Of a stretch of 64,000 bases of DNA, positions 1-11,378 are shown in pieces. Positions within the stretch are counted from its first letter, which is position 1. Each line of letters starts with the position of its first letter. The notes beneath the pieces were generated by a model. The model did no database searches. It saw nothing but the letters and a program-made list of their open reading frames with translations, and had not been told where the DNA came from. The DNA lies in assembly GCA_030390025.1 (NCBI GenBank), contig CM059425.1, positions 169,324,001-169,388,000 of the forward strand. Reading direction: 5' to 3'. The DNA comes from Squalus acanthias (Eukaryota). Position numbers and translations under genes: made by a program.

Positions 1-503
1 GGGACCCAGGAGTGAAGTCGAGGCCCAAGAGCGAGGTCGGGACCCAGGAGCGATGTCGGAACCCAGGAGCGAGGTTGGGACCCAGGAGTGAAGTCGAGGC
101 CCAGGAGCGAGGTCGGGACCCAGGACCGAGGTCGGGACCCAGGGGTGAGGACGGGGCCCAGGAGCGAGGACGAGCCCAGCAGCGATGTCGGGACCTAGGA
201 GCGAGGACGGGACCCAGGTGCGAGGACGAGGCCCAGGGGCGAAGACGGGGCCCAGGAGCGAGGTCGAGGCCCAGGAGCGAGGACGAGGCCCAGGAGCGAG
301 GACGAGGCCCAGGAGCGAGGACGAGGCCCAGGGGCGAGGACGGGGCACAGGAGCGAGGTCGAGGCCCAGGAGCGAGGTCGGGACCCAGGAGCGAGGAAGG
401 GACTCAGGAGCGAGGACGAGGCCCAGGAGCAAGGACGAGGCCCAGGGGCGAGGACGAGGCCCAGGAGCGAGGATGAGGCCCAGGAGCGAGGACGAGCCCA
501 GCA
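1..503 (+). repeat. GC-rich 19-bp tandem array (GGCCCAGGAGCGAGGACGA / GGGACCCAGGAGCGAGGTC), probably part of the RTE 5' UTR
   Basis: About 26 degenerate 19-bp units read directly; the array runs off the left edge and leads into the RTE leader. Confidence 0.9.
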
Positions 504-734
504 GCGATGAACCCCAGGCAGAGAGGACCTGCGGGAAGGAGGGAGGGAGGAGGACAGTAGGAGTATGTTTGTGTGTGTGTGCTAGGCTGATGTAGCAGAG
601 CCTGGTCTCCAATCGTCTTGGATCCCCTAAACATTGGACCAAGACCTTGCTCTGTCAAGCCCGTGTAGTAGCTGGTGTGCAATGGCCAGCCCACGTTAAA
701 AGAATTCACGCACAGGCATCTTCCACCCCTTAAA

Positions 735-3700
735 ATGAAGTTGGGGACCTGGAACGTCAGGACCCTCATGGACAACCCCAACGGCGACAGACCGGAATGT
801 CGTACTGCTAGCGTTGCCCGGGAGCTCAGACGTTTCAACATAGACATCGCCGCCCTAAGCGAGACCTGGCGGGCAGGGGAAGGCCAGCTCAAGGAGCAAG
901 GCAGTGGTTACACCTTCTTCTGGAAAGGCAAACCTGAAAAAGAATGCTGCTTCCATCGGGTAGGCTTCGCCATAAAAAATGAGCTAGTTGGATGTCTCAG
1001 AGACTCCCCTTGTGGAATAAACGAACGCCTCATGACTCTACGGCTTACCCTAGCCCGGAACCAGTGTGCTACGGTCATCAGTGCGTATGCCCCAACACTG
1101 GAAGCCACAGACAAGACCAAAGAGGAATTCTACTCCAGCCTCGAACAATCCCTGTCCCGAGTCCCAACGGGCGACAAGCTGATCCTCCTTGGCGACTTCA
1201 ACACCAGAGTTGGAAAGGACACAGACCTCTGGGGAGGTGTGATCGGCAGAGAGGGGGTAGGGAAAGCCAACTCCAATGGTACCCTCCTCCTGACGAAATG
1301 CTTAGAACATGGCCTTGTCATAACTAACACCTTGTTCCATCAGAGAGACAAGTACAAAGCTTCATGGCAACACCCTCGCTCCAAGCACTGGCATCTGCTG
1401 GACTATGTCATCGTCCAAGCAAGGGACCGCAAGGACGTCCACATCACCCGCGCCATGACAGGAGCTGATGACTGCTGGACAGACCACCGCCTGTCATCTC
1501 CATCAACGTAGCCCCAAAACAGCGGCGGCAACAGAAGCAATGCTGCAGGAAAATCAATGCTGGAGCGCTCAAAGACCCTACTAAGAAAGCCCTATTCAGC
1601 CTGCGCCTCGCAACCAACCTGACGACTCCCAGTGATTCAGAGACACAGAGTGTTCACAGCACCTGGTCTGCACTCAAGGCCTCCATAATCAGCACCTGTG
1701 AAGAGACGCTCGGTCACTCGACCAGTAAACACCAAGACTGGTTCGACGAGAACGACCAGGAGATCCAGGAGCTAATAAGCCGCAAGCGCAAGGCATTCCT
1801 GATCTGGAGACAGCAACAGAACTCGAGAGCAAGAAAGCAGCTCTACAGATGCCTGAAGGCCGAGGTCCAACAAAAAACTCGCGACCTAAAGAACTGATGG
1901 TGGGTGGAGAAAGCGCAGGAGATCCAGCAGCTAGCTGACAACCACGACGTGCGTGGATTCTTTAGCGCAGTCAAGACCACCTACGGCCTAAGTACCCAAG
2001 GTCCTACCCCACTGCGGGCCAAGAACGGAGAGGTACTCATCAAGGACAGAGAGGCAGTCAGTGCCCGCTGGAAGGAGCACTTCGAAGATCTCCTTAACCG
2101 AGATTCTGTCTTCGACGCGAGTGTCTTCAACTCCATCCCGCAGCATGCTACCCACCACCACCTCAGCACAACCCCAGCCCGGCATGAGGTTGAAAAAGCC
2201 ATCCGACGACTGAAGAACAACAAGGCGTCAGGAGCAGATGGAATCCCCGCCGAGGCGCTAAAACATGGCGGAGAAGCACTATTGTCACGAATACATGAAC
2301 TAATTTCTCTTATTTGGAAGGAGGAGAGCATGCCAGGGGATCTCAGAGACGCCGTAATCATAACCATCTTCAAGAAAGGTGACAAGTCCGATTGCGGTAA
2401 TTACAGAGGAGTCTCCCTGCTGTCTGCCACAGGGAAAGTCATCGCAAGAATCCTCCTCAATCGCCTTCTCCCAGTGGCTGAAGAGCTCCTCCCAGAGTCG
2501 CAATGCGGATTCCACCCACTAAGGGGCACAATGGACATGATCTTCACCGCGCGTCAACTACAAGAGAAATGCAGGGAACAGCACCAACTGCTGTACATGG
2601 CCTTCTTTGACCTCGATTGGAGATGCTGGTGTTGGACTGACCTTTGACCTTCGTTCTTTGACCTCACAAAGGCCTTTGACACCGTCAACCATGAGGGATT
2701 AAGGAGTGTGCTCCGCAAATTCGGCTGCCCTCAAAAGTTTGTCACCATCCTCCGCCTGCTTCACGACGACATGCAAGCCATGATCCTGACCAACGGATCC
2801 ACCACAGACCCAATTCACGTACGGACCAGGGTCAAGCAAGGCTGTGTCATCGCACCAACGCTCTTCTCGAACTTCCTGGCTGCAATGCTCCATCTCACCC
2901 TCAGTAAGCTCCCTGCTGGAGTGGAGCTAACCTACAGAACAAACGGGAAACTGTTCAACCTCTGTCGCCTCCAGTCCAGATCCAAGGTCGTCCCATCCTC
3001 TGTCATCGAATTACAGTATGCAGACAATGCTTGCGTCTGCGCACACTCGGAGGCCGAACTCCAAACCATCATCAACACCTTCACCGAAGCGTACGAGAGC
3101 ATGGGCCTTACACTAAACATCCGTAAGACAAAGGTCCTCTACCAACCTGCCCCCGCCACACAGTACTGCTCCCCGATTATCAAAATCCATGACGAGGCCT
3201 TGGACAACGTGGACCACTTTCCACACCTCGGGAGCCTACTGTCAACAAGGGCAGACGTCGATGGCGAAGTCCAACACCGCCTTCAGTGTGCTAGTGCAGC
3301 CTTCGGTCACCTGCGGAAGAGAGTGTTTGAAGACCAGGACCTCAAACCCAGCACCAAGCTCATGGTCTACAGAGCAGTCGTGATACCCGCCCTCCTGTAT
3401 GCTTCAGAGACATGGACCATGTACAGCAGGCACCTCAAAGCACTGGAGAGGTACCACCAACGCTGCCTCCGCAAGATCCTGCAAATCCATTGGCAGGATA
3501 GGCGCACCAACGTTAGCGTTCTTGCTCAGGCCAACATCCCCAGCATCGAAGCTTTGACCATGCTCGATCAGCTCCGATGGACGGGCCACATCGTCCGCAT
3601 GCCCAATACGAGACTCCCAAAACAAGCGCTCTATTCGGAGCTCTGACACGGCAAGAGAGCCCCATGTGGGCAGAGGAAACGCTTCAAGGACACCCTCAAA

Positions 3701-3970
3701 GCCTCCTTGAAAAAGTGCAGCATCCCCACCAACACCTGGGAATCCCTGGCCCAAGACCGCACAAAGTGGAGGAGAAGCATCCGGGAAGGCGCCGAACACC
3801 TCGAGTCTCTTCGCTGGGAGCAAGCGGAAGCCAAGCGCAAACAGCGGAAGGAGCGCATGTCAACCCAAACACCCCACCCACCCGCCCCTTCAACCACCGT
3901 CTGCCCCACCTGTGACAGAGACTGTAGGTCCCGCATTGGACTCATCAGTCACCTGAGAACTCATTTTTAG
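735..3970 (+). pseudogene. RTE ORF (AP endonuclease + reverse transcriptase + C-terminal C2H2 zinc finger), disrupted
   Basis: MKLGTWNVRTL, LSETW, LGDFN, DYV, TDH endonuclease motifs; KQGCVIAP and YADN RT motifs; CPTC..HLRTH finger; frameshift near 1495, stops near 1895, 2645 and 3644. Confidence 0.92.
2615..2653. mobile_element. 39-bp micro-insertion of Penelope terminal sequence with 12-bp target-site duplication
   Basis: TTCTTTGACCTC duplicated at 2603-2614 and 2654-2665; the insert contains TGGAGATGCTGGTGTTGGACTG, matching the Penelope tails near 6277 and 33720. Confidence 0.75.
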
Positions 3971-4020
3971 TGTGGAAGCAAGTCACCCTCGGTTCCGAGG
4001 GACTGCCTAAGAAGAAGAGA

Positions 4021-4810
4021 TGTTCTCCCCCTTTTCTAAGTGGAGAAATGGGATATCGTGGGGGGCAGTTCTTAATGAAAAGATTGAGAAAAGGAAAGAG
4101 GCCAGAAGAAGGAGTCTCGTTGAGTAGTGAAGGCTGGAGACAGAAGAAAGGACCAGATACACAAGGTGGGGGGGAGGGGAATCTCCTCGCCCAAAAAAGA
4201 AGTACAGTGGCTGAGGTGGCAGTAAACGAGCTTGTTGAGGTGCGAGTGTAGGGGATTGAAACTGTGTCTCATGCTGAGGACAATCGTTCGGGGTCAGTGA
4301 GGGGAAAGTTAGAAGGAACAGTGAAAATACAGAAAGGGGTAAAGTTAAAAAGAAAGATAGGATAAAAAGGAGATTCTGGGGAATTTGGAGGTAGGGTGGC
4401 ATCCAAGAATTGTTTGAGTTTCCAGTCCTTGTTACCGGAAAGAAAAAAAAACAGATTTGTTAAACTGCTCGATGAGACAGAGGATGATATGGCACTGAGG
4501 ACAAGGACACCGACAGAATAAAGTGAGTCATTGCTGCTGAAGAGAGAAGCCAAGAGCAGGCATGGCGGAGAGGATAGATTTCAAGAAGTGGCAACAGCAG
4601 CGGTTTAACTTCACACCTGACCTCCAGGTTTTCCAGGTTTTCCATTTCCCATTTTCTCGCATTTCTAGAGGACTCTCACTTCATTAGCTACTTACACCCC
4701 TGTTGATCCTTTAATGTCTTAATGCTTCACATCCAAAATGTTAACGTGTCAGTTCGCTCTGCTGACTGGCCTGCTGTGTGTTGCCAGCATTTTCTGTTTT
4801 GTTTTAAATA
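4021..4810 (-). mobile_element. Old decayed Penelope-like element fragment (N-terminal ORF region plus terminal remnant)
   Basis: Minus-strand peptides FTVPSNFPLTDPER and SGLFPFLNLFIKNCPHDI resemble the PLE pre-RT region (compare WTPPEGRCPKLDMY in the intact PLE); 4730-4810 resembles the terminus at 57260-57393. Confidence 0.5.
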
Positions 4811-5009
4811 TATATTGCCACTTAGTTGTGGAAATCTGTAGTTCCTACTGTGAGTTTTCAGTTCAAGGTATAAAGGAAGATTCTTTATACCAAAAGAAAT
4901 GTTTGGCAGACTTTTTGTTTTGCTTGAAAAGGGAGAAGAGCCATTTCCATGATGATGATGTCATTCACAACGATCTCTGTGATGCATTTGAAGGGATTTA
5001 TCTCATCTC

Positions 5010-5150
5010 ATCATTTCCCTATATTAGAAGAGTGACCACACTTCAAAACTGCTTCATTGGCTGTGAAAGGCAGTGGGACACCCAGCAGATTACCGCCCAG
5101 GTGATGGAGAAAATTACCTCCGCTATATAAATGCAAGTTCTTTTTCTCTC
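5010..5150 (+). mobile_element. 3' fragment of Deu-domain SINE (SacSINE1-like)
   Basis: CACTTCAAAA..CTTCATTGGCTGTGAAAG..CGCTATATAAATGCAAGTTCTTT tail. Confidence 0.7.
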
Positions 5151-6819
5151 ATCAGGTTCCTATAAAAAAAATTCTGGTTTACCAAACAATTTTTCATGAA
5201 AACACCATTCTTTTAATTACTTAAGTGAGAACCCTGTTATATACAGCATAAAAATCGCTATTTTTTACATTGCTTATAATGAGCTCGGCTATTTGAGTGT
5301 TAGAACTTAAAGCACTACTTAAAGCGGATCATTTTCTATTATATATACTGTAAGCAGTCCTATTATTTTAGTTATGTGTACTTTAAATATTCATGTAATT
5401 TAATAAAATATAGCCAACTCTATAAATATTATATTCCCTCTATGTCTTTTTAATTGTATTAATTATATCCCCATATGATTCTCATCAGATTCTTTTCACA
5501 TTCTAAGAATTTAATTCCCTCTATATTTTAATTATATTAATTATATCCTTATCAAATCATTTAGCCACTTAAGAGAATGCAGGGAAGAGACAGAAAAGTG
5601 GAGACTAATTTGATGGTTAGATTCAGCTGTTCTTTTTCAGTTTTATTTGACCCAACTCCTCTTTCATAATTCCTCTTCAATTTTAAGTACTGCACATTGC
5701 TCCTCAACCAAGAAGATTGCCTAATTCCAGGTATCTATAAACATCTGCCAAGAGGCATGAAAGTGGCCTGAGTTGACTCACCCTCCGATTGTTCATTTCC
5801 TTCCTTCTCCTGTGGGTTTTTTGAGAGTGGCAACTCACCATGTGGACAACTTTAGAAACAAATCCTAGTTCTACTACTTCATGGCAAAGCACACTGGTTC
5901 ATGAACGTACTGTGCAACCAGACTGCTGATACTGTGGAACAAACCACAGATTATTGGAGAAAAAGCAGGAGAGCTCAGTAGCTAAGTATAGGTGACTGAC
6001 AGTATAATGAATCAACAAAAATTAGGTAAAGTGAAAAATCAAGCTTCAAGGTGAAAAAAGAAACCACTTGCATTTATACAGCACTTTACCCCACATCCTC
6101 AAGTTCAAAGGCACTTCACATCTGATTAATTACTTTTTGAAATGTAGTTATTGTTGTTATGTAAACAAACACGACAGCCAATTTGCACACAGCAAGATCT
6201 CGCAAATTAATCTTCAAACGACCTGCTCTTGTTTGAGTAGTGCCATAGAGTCTTTTACTTCCATTTGAACATGATGTGGAGATGCCGGCGTTGGACTGGG
6301 GTGGACAAAAATGAGAAGTCGCACAACACCAGGTTATAGTCCAACAGATTTATTTAAAATTACAAGCTTTCGGAGCTGTCGCCAGGCAGGAGGGTTGCCT
6401 CCCAGTCGGGGAACACTTCAGCAGTCAGGGGCATTCAGCCTCGGATCTGCGGGTAAGCGTTCTCCAAGGCGGCCTTCGGGATACACGACAGCACAAAATC
6501 ATAGAGCAGAAACTGATAGCCAAGTTCCGCACTCATGAGGATGGCCTCAATCGCGATATCGGGTTCATGTCACGATACAGAACGTGACTTGACATCATGG
6601 CCGGTCTTTCCAGCTTTTTAAAAAAAAAAACTAACACAAGAACCAAACTCAGCCTGCAGAGGATATGCAGCCAGCAGGTGTTTTGACACGTTGGACCCCC
6701 TGGGACACATCTCATTGTCTTGGCTGTGCTCTTAGTGTGTCTTTGATGTAGGGAAAGATTTGAATACATTTTTTCTGTGTTTATATTGTGAATTCTGGGA
6801 GATTCTCTCACAGCTACTC

Positions 6820-6855
6820 TACCTGAGGAAGGGGCGACAGCTCCGAAAGCTTGTA
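6820..6855 (+). ncRNA. Minimal type I hammerhead ribozyme motif in 5' pLTR
   Basis: UAC-CUGAGGA-A-GGGGC-GACA-GCUCC-GAAAGCUU-GUA. Confidence 0.7.
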
Positions 6856-6943
6856 ATTTTAAATAAATCTGTTGGACTATAACCTGGTGTTGTGCGACTT
6901 CTCATTTTTGTCCACCCCAGTCCAACGCCGGCATCTCCACATC

Positions 6944-9622
6944 ATGACCTCTATTGACACCGCAAACTGCCGGCTCAAAGTGGAGAGAATCGCCAAGAAG
7001 ATCGCGCATATTGACACAGACATCAAGTACCTGCAGAGATGCAAGAAAGCAGACAAGATTCCGAAAGGACTACAGATCACGAACCCACTCAAGTCGACAT
7101 ACAACACAGACTACGCTGAGAGACTTTGCCGTCGTACCTCTCGCACACTCCTCAACCATCTCGTACACCAGCTCTACAGCAGACGTCGCAACCTCGAAAC
7201 CAAGATAGAGTCCATGCTCTCAGCCTGTGCTCAGGACACAGCAGACCAGCTATGAGACACCGCCAAACAGACGAGGCAACGGAACTACGCTACCTACATG
7301 CGCATCAAGAACAGGAAGCTTGAGAAACTCGGCGTAACCACCAGCTGCAACCAAGCCTCCCCCGGTACCATGGTTGCAACCACAGGGAAGTCCATCGTCA
7401 ACCTGTCGGACCACACCCTTCAACCAGACGAAATCGAAGTTCTCGCCCTAGGGCTCAAGTTCTGCCCCACCACCAAAATGGACCCCATCGGTCTCGCGGC
7501 GGACACAGAGGAATTCATCAGGAGAATGAGGATCCGGGAATACTACCACAAATCCCAAGATGTCAGCAACATTCCTAATGAGACAATCAATGATCCGGAA
7601 CAGCAGACAGAGGGAACCGCAGTGCTACAACCGAGGAAGAAAGAGTCAAATTGGACCCCTCCGGAGGGTCGCTGCCCTAAGCTTGACATGTATGCTCAAG
7701 CTGTCAGGAAATGCATCAACGCCAGATTCATCAGCCGTACTCACAAGACAGTCCAGAATGTCACCCGAGCACAACGCAACGCCATCCACGCTCTCAAGAC
7801 CAACCGCAACATCGTCATCAAACCAGCGGACAAAGGAGGAGCCATCGTCATACAGAACAGAATGGACTATTGCAAAGAAGCATACCGACAACTGGACAAC
7901 CAGGAACACTACAGACAGCTACCCGCAGATCCGACCAAAGAACACACCTGCCAACTCAATAGACTGATCAAGACCTTCGATCCAGACCTTCAAAACATCC
8001 TACGCGCTCTCATCCCACGTACTCCCCGCGTAGGAGACTTTTACTGCCTCCCAAAGATACACAAAGCCAACACACCCGGACGTCCTATCGTATCAGGCAA
8101 CGGAACCCTGTGTGAGAACCTCTCTGGGTACGTCGAGGGCATCCTGAAACCCATCGTACAGGGAACCCCCAGCTTCTGTCGCGACACTACAGACTTCTTG
8201 CAGAAACTCAGCACCCATGGACCAGTTGAACCAGGAACACTCCTCGTCACGATGGACGTATCGGCACTCTACACCAATATCCCCCACAATGACGGCATCG
8301 CTGCGACAGCCTCAGTACTCAACACCAACAACAGCCAATCTCCGGACGCCATCCTACAACTCATCCGCTTCATCCTTGACCACAATGTCTTCACCTTCGA
8401 CAACCATTTTTTTACCCAAACACACGGAACAGCCATGGGGACCAAATTCGCACCCCAATACGCCAACATCTTCATGCACAAGTTCGAGCAAGACTTCTTC
8501 GCTGCACAGGACCTCCAACCAACGCTGTACACCAGATACATCGACGACATCTTCTTCCTTTGGACCCACGGCGAAGGATCACTGAAAGGACTACACGATA
8601 GCATCAACAGGTTCCATCCCACCATCAAACTCACCATGGACTACTCCTCAGAATCGGTTTCATTCTTGGACACACGAATCTCCATCAAAGACGGACGCCT
8701 CAGCACTTCACTCTACCGCAAGCCCACGGACAACCTCACGATGCTCCACTTCTCCAGCTTCCACCCTAACCACGTTAAAGAAGCCATCCCCTATGGACAA
8801 GCCCTGCGAATACACAGGATCTGCTCAGACGAGGAGGAACGCGATGGACACCTACGGACACTGAAAGACGCCCTCGTAAGAACGGGATATGACGCTCGAC
8901 TCGTCGATCGACAGTTCCGACGGGCCACAGCGAAAAACCGCATAGACCTCCTCAGAAGACGAACACGGGACACAACCAACAGAGTACCCTACGTCGTCCA
9001 GTACTTCCCCGGAGCGGAAAAACTACGCCATGTTCTTCGCAGCCTTCAACATGTCATCGATGACGACGAACACCTTGCTAAGGCCATCCCCACGCCTCCA
9101 CTACTCGCCTTCAAGCAGCCGCCTAACCTCAAAAGTACCATCGTTCGCAGCAGATTACCCATCTTTCAGGAGAACAGCAACCACGACACCACACAACCCT
9201 GCCACGGCAACCTCTGCAAGACATGCCAGATCATGGACACAGATACCATCATCACACATGAGGACACTACCCACCAGGTACATGGTACATACTCATGTGA
9301 CTCGGCCAACGTTGTCTACCTGATACGTTGCAGTAAAGGATGCCCCAGAGCATGGTACATCGGCGAGACCATGCAGACACTGAGACAACGTATGAACGGA
9401 CACCGCGCAACAATCGCCAGGCAGGAGGGTTGCCTCCCAGTCGGGGAACACTTCAGCAGTCAGGGGCATTCAGCCTCGGATCTGCGGGTAAGCGTTCTCC
9501 AAGGCGGCCTTCGGGATACACGACAGCGCAAAATCATAGAGCAGAAACTGATAGCCAAGTTCCGCACTCATGAGGATGGCCTCAATCGCGATATCGGGTT
9601 CATGTCACGATACAGAACGTGA
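6944..9622 (+). CDS. Penelope RT + GIY-YIG endonuclease ORF (~892 codons, one in-frame TGA at 7253-7255)
   Basis: IKPADKGG, LPKIHK, GRPIVS, DVSALYTNI, GTAMG and RYIDD RT motifs; Cys-rich linker CHGNLCKTC; VVYLIRC..WYIGET GIY-YIG. Confidence 0.93.
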
Positions 9623-9854
9623 CTTGACATCATGGCCGGTCTTCCCAGCTTTTTAAAAAAAAAAACTAACACAAGAACCAAACTCAACCTGCAGAGGATA
9701 TGCAGCCAGCAGGTGTTTTGACACGTTGGACCCCCTGGGACACATCTCATTGTCTTGGCTGTGCTCTTAGTGTGTCTTTGATGTAGGGAAAGATTTGAAT
9801 ACATTTTTCTGTGTTTATATTGTGAATTCTGGGAGATTCTCTCACAGCTACTCT

Positions 9855-9889
9855 ACCTGAGGAAGGGGCGACAGCTCCGAAAGCTTGTA
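9855..9889 (+). ncRNA. Minimal type I hammerhead ribozyme motif in 3' pLTR
   Basis: Identical copy of the 6820-6855 motif. Confidence 0.7.
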
Positions 9890-10510
9890 ATTTTAAATAA
9901 ATCTGTTGGACTATAACCTGGTGTTGTGCGACTTCTCATTTTTGTCCATTTGAACAGGCAGTTGTTTATTCATCCAAAAGGTGACACCTCTGACAACGTA
10001 GTACTCCCTCTGTACTGCACTTAAGTGTTAGCCAAAATTATGTATTGAAATCTGGGAGTGGGTCTTGAATCTTCATGACTCAGAGGCATGTGTGCTATCA
10101 ACTGAGCCAAGTTGACACTTAAGGGGTAATTTACCGAGTTTATTCTCTCAGCAGGAAACCTCACTCACTGGGAGAACCTATTAGAAATGTGGCTGCAGCA
10201 TACATAATTTGCTTATCATTTAAATTAATGGTTGAAAAACTGTGTATAGTGCATGCCAAAATCTCAATATTGTGGGTTATAAGGATAAGTACAAGGAGAA
10301 ATTATCAAATCTTGTATAGGGCATGATGGTTCCTAAACTGCAGGATGAATCACGTTGGAAGTCAAGTTAGATAGGTATTTTGCTCAACTTACTACTGCAG
10401 GGAGAAGACAGGTAAAAATTTTGCAGAACTTTTTCTGAGACGATGGAATGGATGGTGTCGAATCTTCGAAGGGTGGATTTTTCAATATGGTTTTCAGAAA
10501 TGAATCTTGT

Positions 10511-10915
10511 TGTAAGGAGTAGCAGTTTAAGTTAAGTGCAACACGCAATCAAGATAGACATAGTAGACATACGACCGTGACAAGCAGCTGGTATCGGTCC
10601 CGATCGGACAGATGCTGGCGTGCAAGAACAGCTCTTCCCTTCCCTTCACCGTCGGTGCTAAAAGCTCTTTAGATATCTTTTATGCTCTTTTTAGGGGTGG
10701 GCCTAGGGTAGATTATCAAAGATACAATCAACAACCTTTCTAGCACACAAACAGCAGACAGCCAGTCTGGAAACAAGGTCACCGCCACGTTGCAGAATGT
10801 TGTAGCATCCGCAGGGAACATAAATAAATTCTAAGTGTCTATCCAGTTATTCTAACACCAGTCTGAAGAGACTTTTTTGTCTCAAGTTATTTCTTCCAAT
10901 TCGCGATTTCTTACA
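10511..10915 (-). repeat. 3' LTR (lacks ~65 bp of the U5/polyA end)
   Basis: About 93% match by eye to 18957-19286 + 20960-21040; adjacent PPT AAGGTGGGGAG(T) on the minus strand at 10916-10927. Confidence 0.88.
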
Positions 10916-11378
10916 ACTCCCCACCTTGAGAAGGAAATATCCTTATTGACTTCTCACAATCCTCTTTTGACTAATCTAGCTAGTTCTAAGTTATCGGCCC
11001 ATTGATACCATTCGTGCCCAGGGATGCTGGCTGGCATTATAAGCTACATCCCACCACTCGTAGTCCCCTAACTTGCTTATTGCTTTCTCAACTTGGGTGT
11101 TAGTTAGTAGGGAGATGCAGAAATGAAGATTTCTCCCTTCCTTACAGTCCATTCTTTTGAGGGGTAGGAACAACCTCTGACCCTTCACACAGATTCAGTT
11201 CACTGTTCCGGTGTTCCAATTCTGCCCCACCTGGGGTATCCTTTGTTTCTTCTATATTTCCTGATCTTACCCCGCCTGGGGTCTCCTCTACGTTGCTTCG
11301 GATCTTCTCTTTCGGTGTGCTCAATTAATTTGTGAGTGCTGATTAGTCATAGGCATGAGTACAGAATTGGCTTATCCA

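Larger units (their letters stand above)
504..4020 (+). mobile_element. RTE-clade non-LTR retrotransposon, near full length
   Basis: Single APE-RT-C2H2 reading frame, short 3' UTR ending in an (AAG)n tail at ~4009-4020. Confidence 0.92.
6272..9948 (+). mobile_element. Penelope-like retroelement (Neptune-type), full length with pseudo-LTRs
   Basis: Inverted pLTR piece 6272-6383; direct pLTRs 6379-6943 and 9414-9948 (about 5 differences); flanking duplication TCCATTTGAACA at 6260-6271 and 9945-9956. Confidence 0.95.
6062..10110 (-). mobile_element. SacSINE1-like tRNA/Deu SINE split by the Penelope insertion (pieces 6062-6271 and 9957-10110)
   Basis: Tail TTGCATTTATACAGC at 6068, Deu-like core, tRNA-like head (reverse complement TGGCTCAG..GCCTCTGAGTC..GATTCAAGACCC) at 10055-10110. 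Confidence 0.75.

Noticed and set aside
1..503. CRISPR-like array
   Set aside because: Contiguous units without unique spacers, in a eukaryotic context
12..595. Arg/Gly/Pro-rich ORFs of 154 and 136 aa
   Set aside because: By-products of the 19-bp tandem array (period not divisible by 3)
6379..9948. Direct repeats read as true LTRs or as an assembly duplication
   Set aside because: They include the ORF 3' end, lack TG..CA termini and a PBS, and have an inverted tail, the standard Penelope pLTR layout
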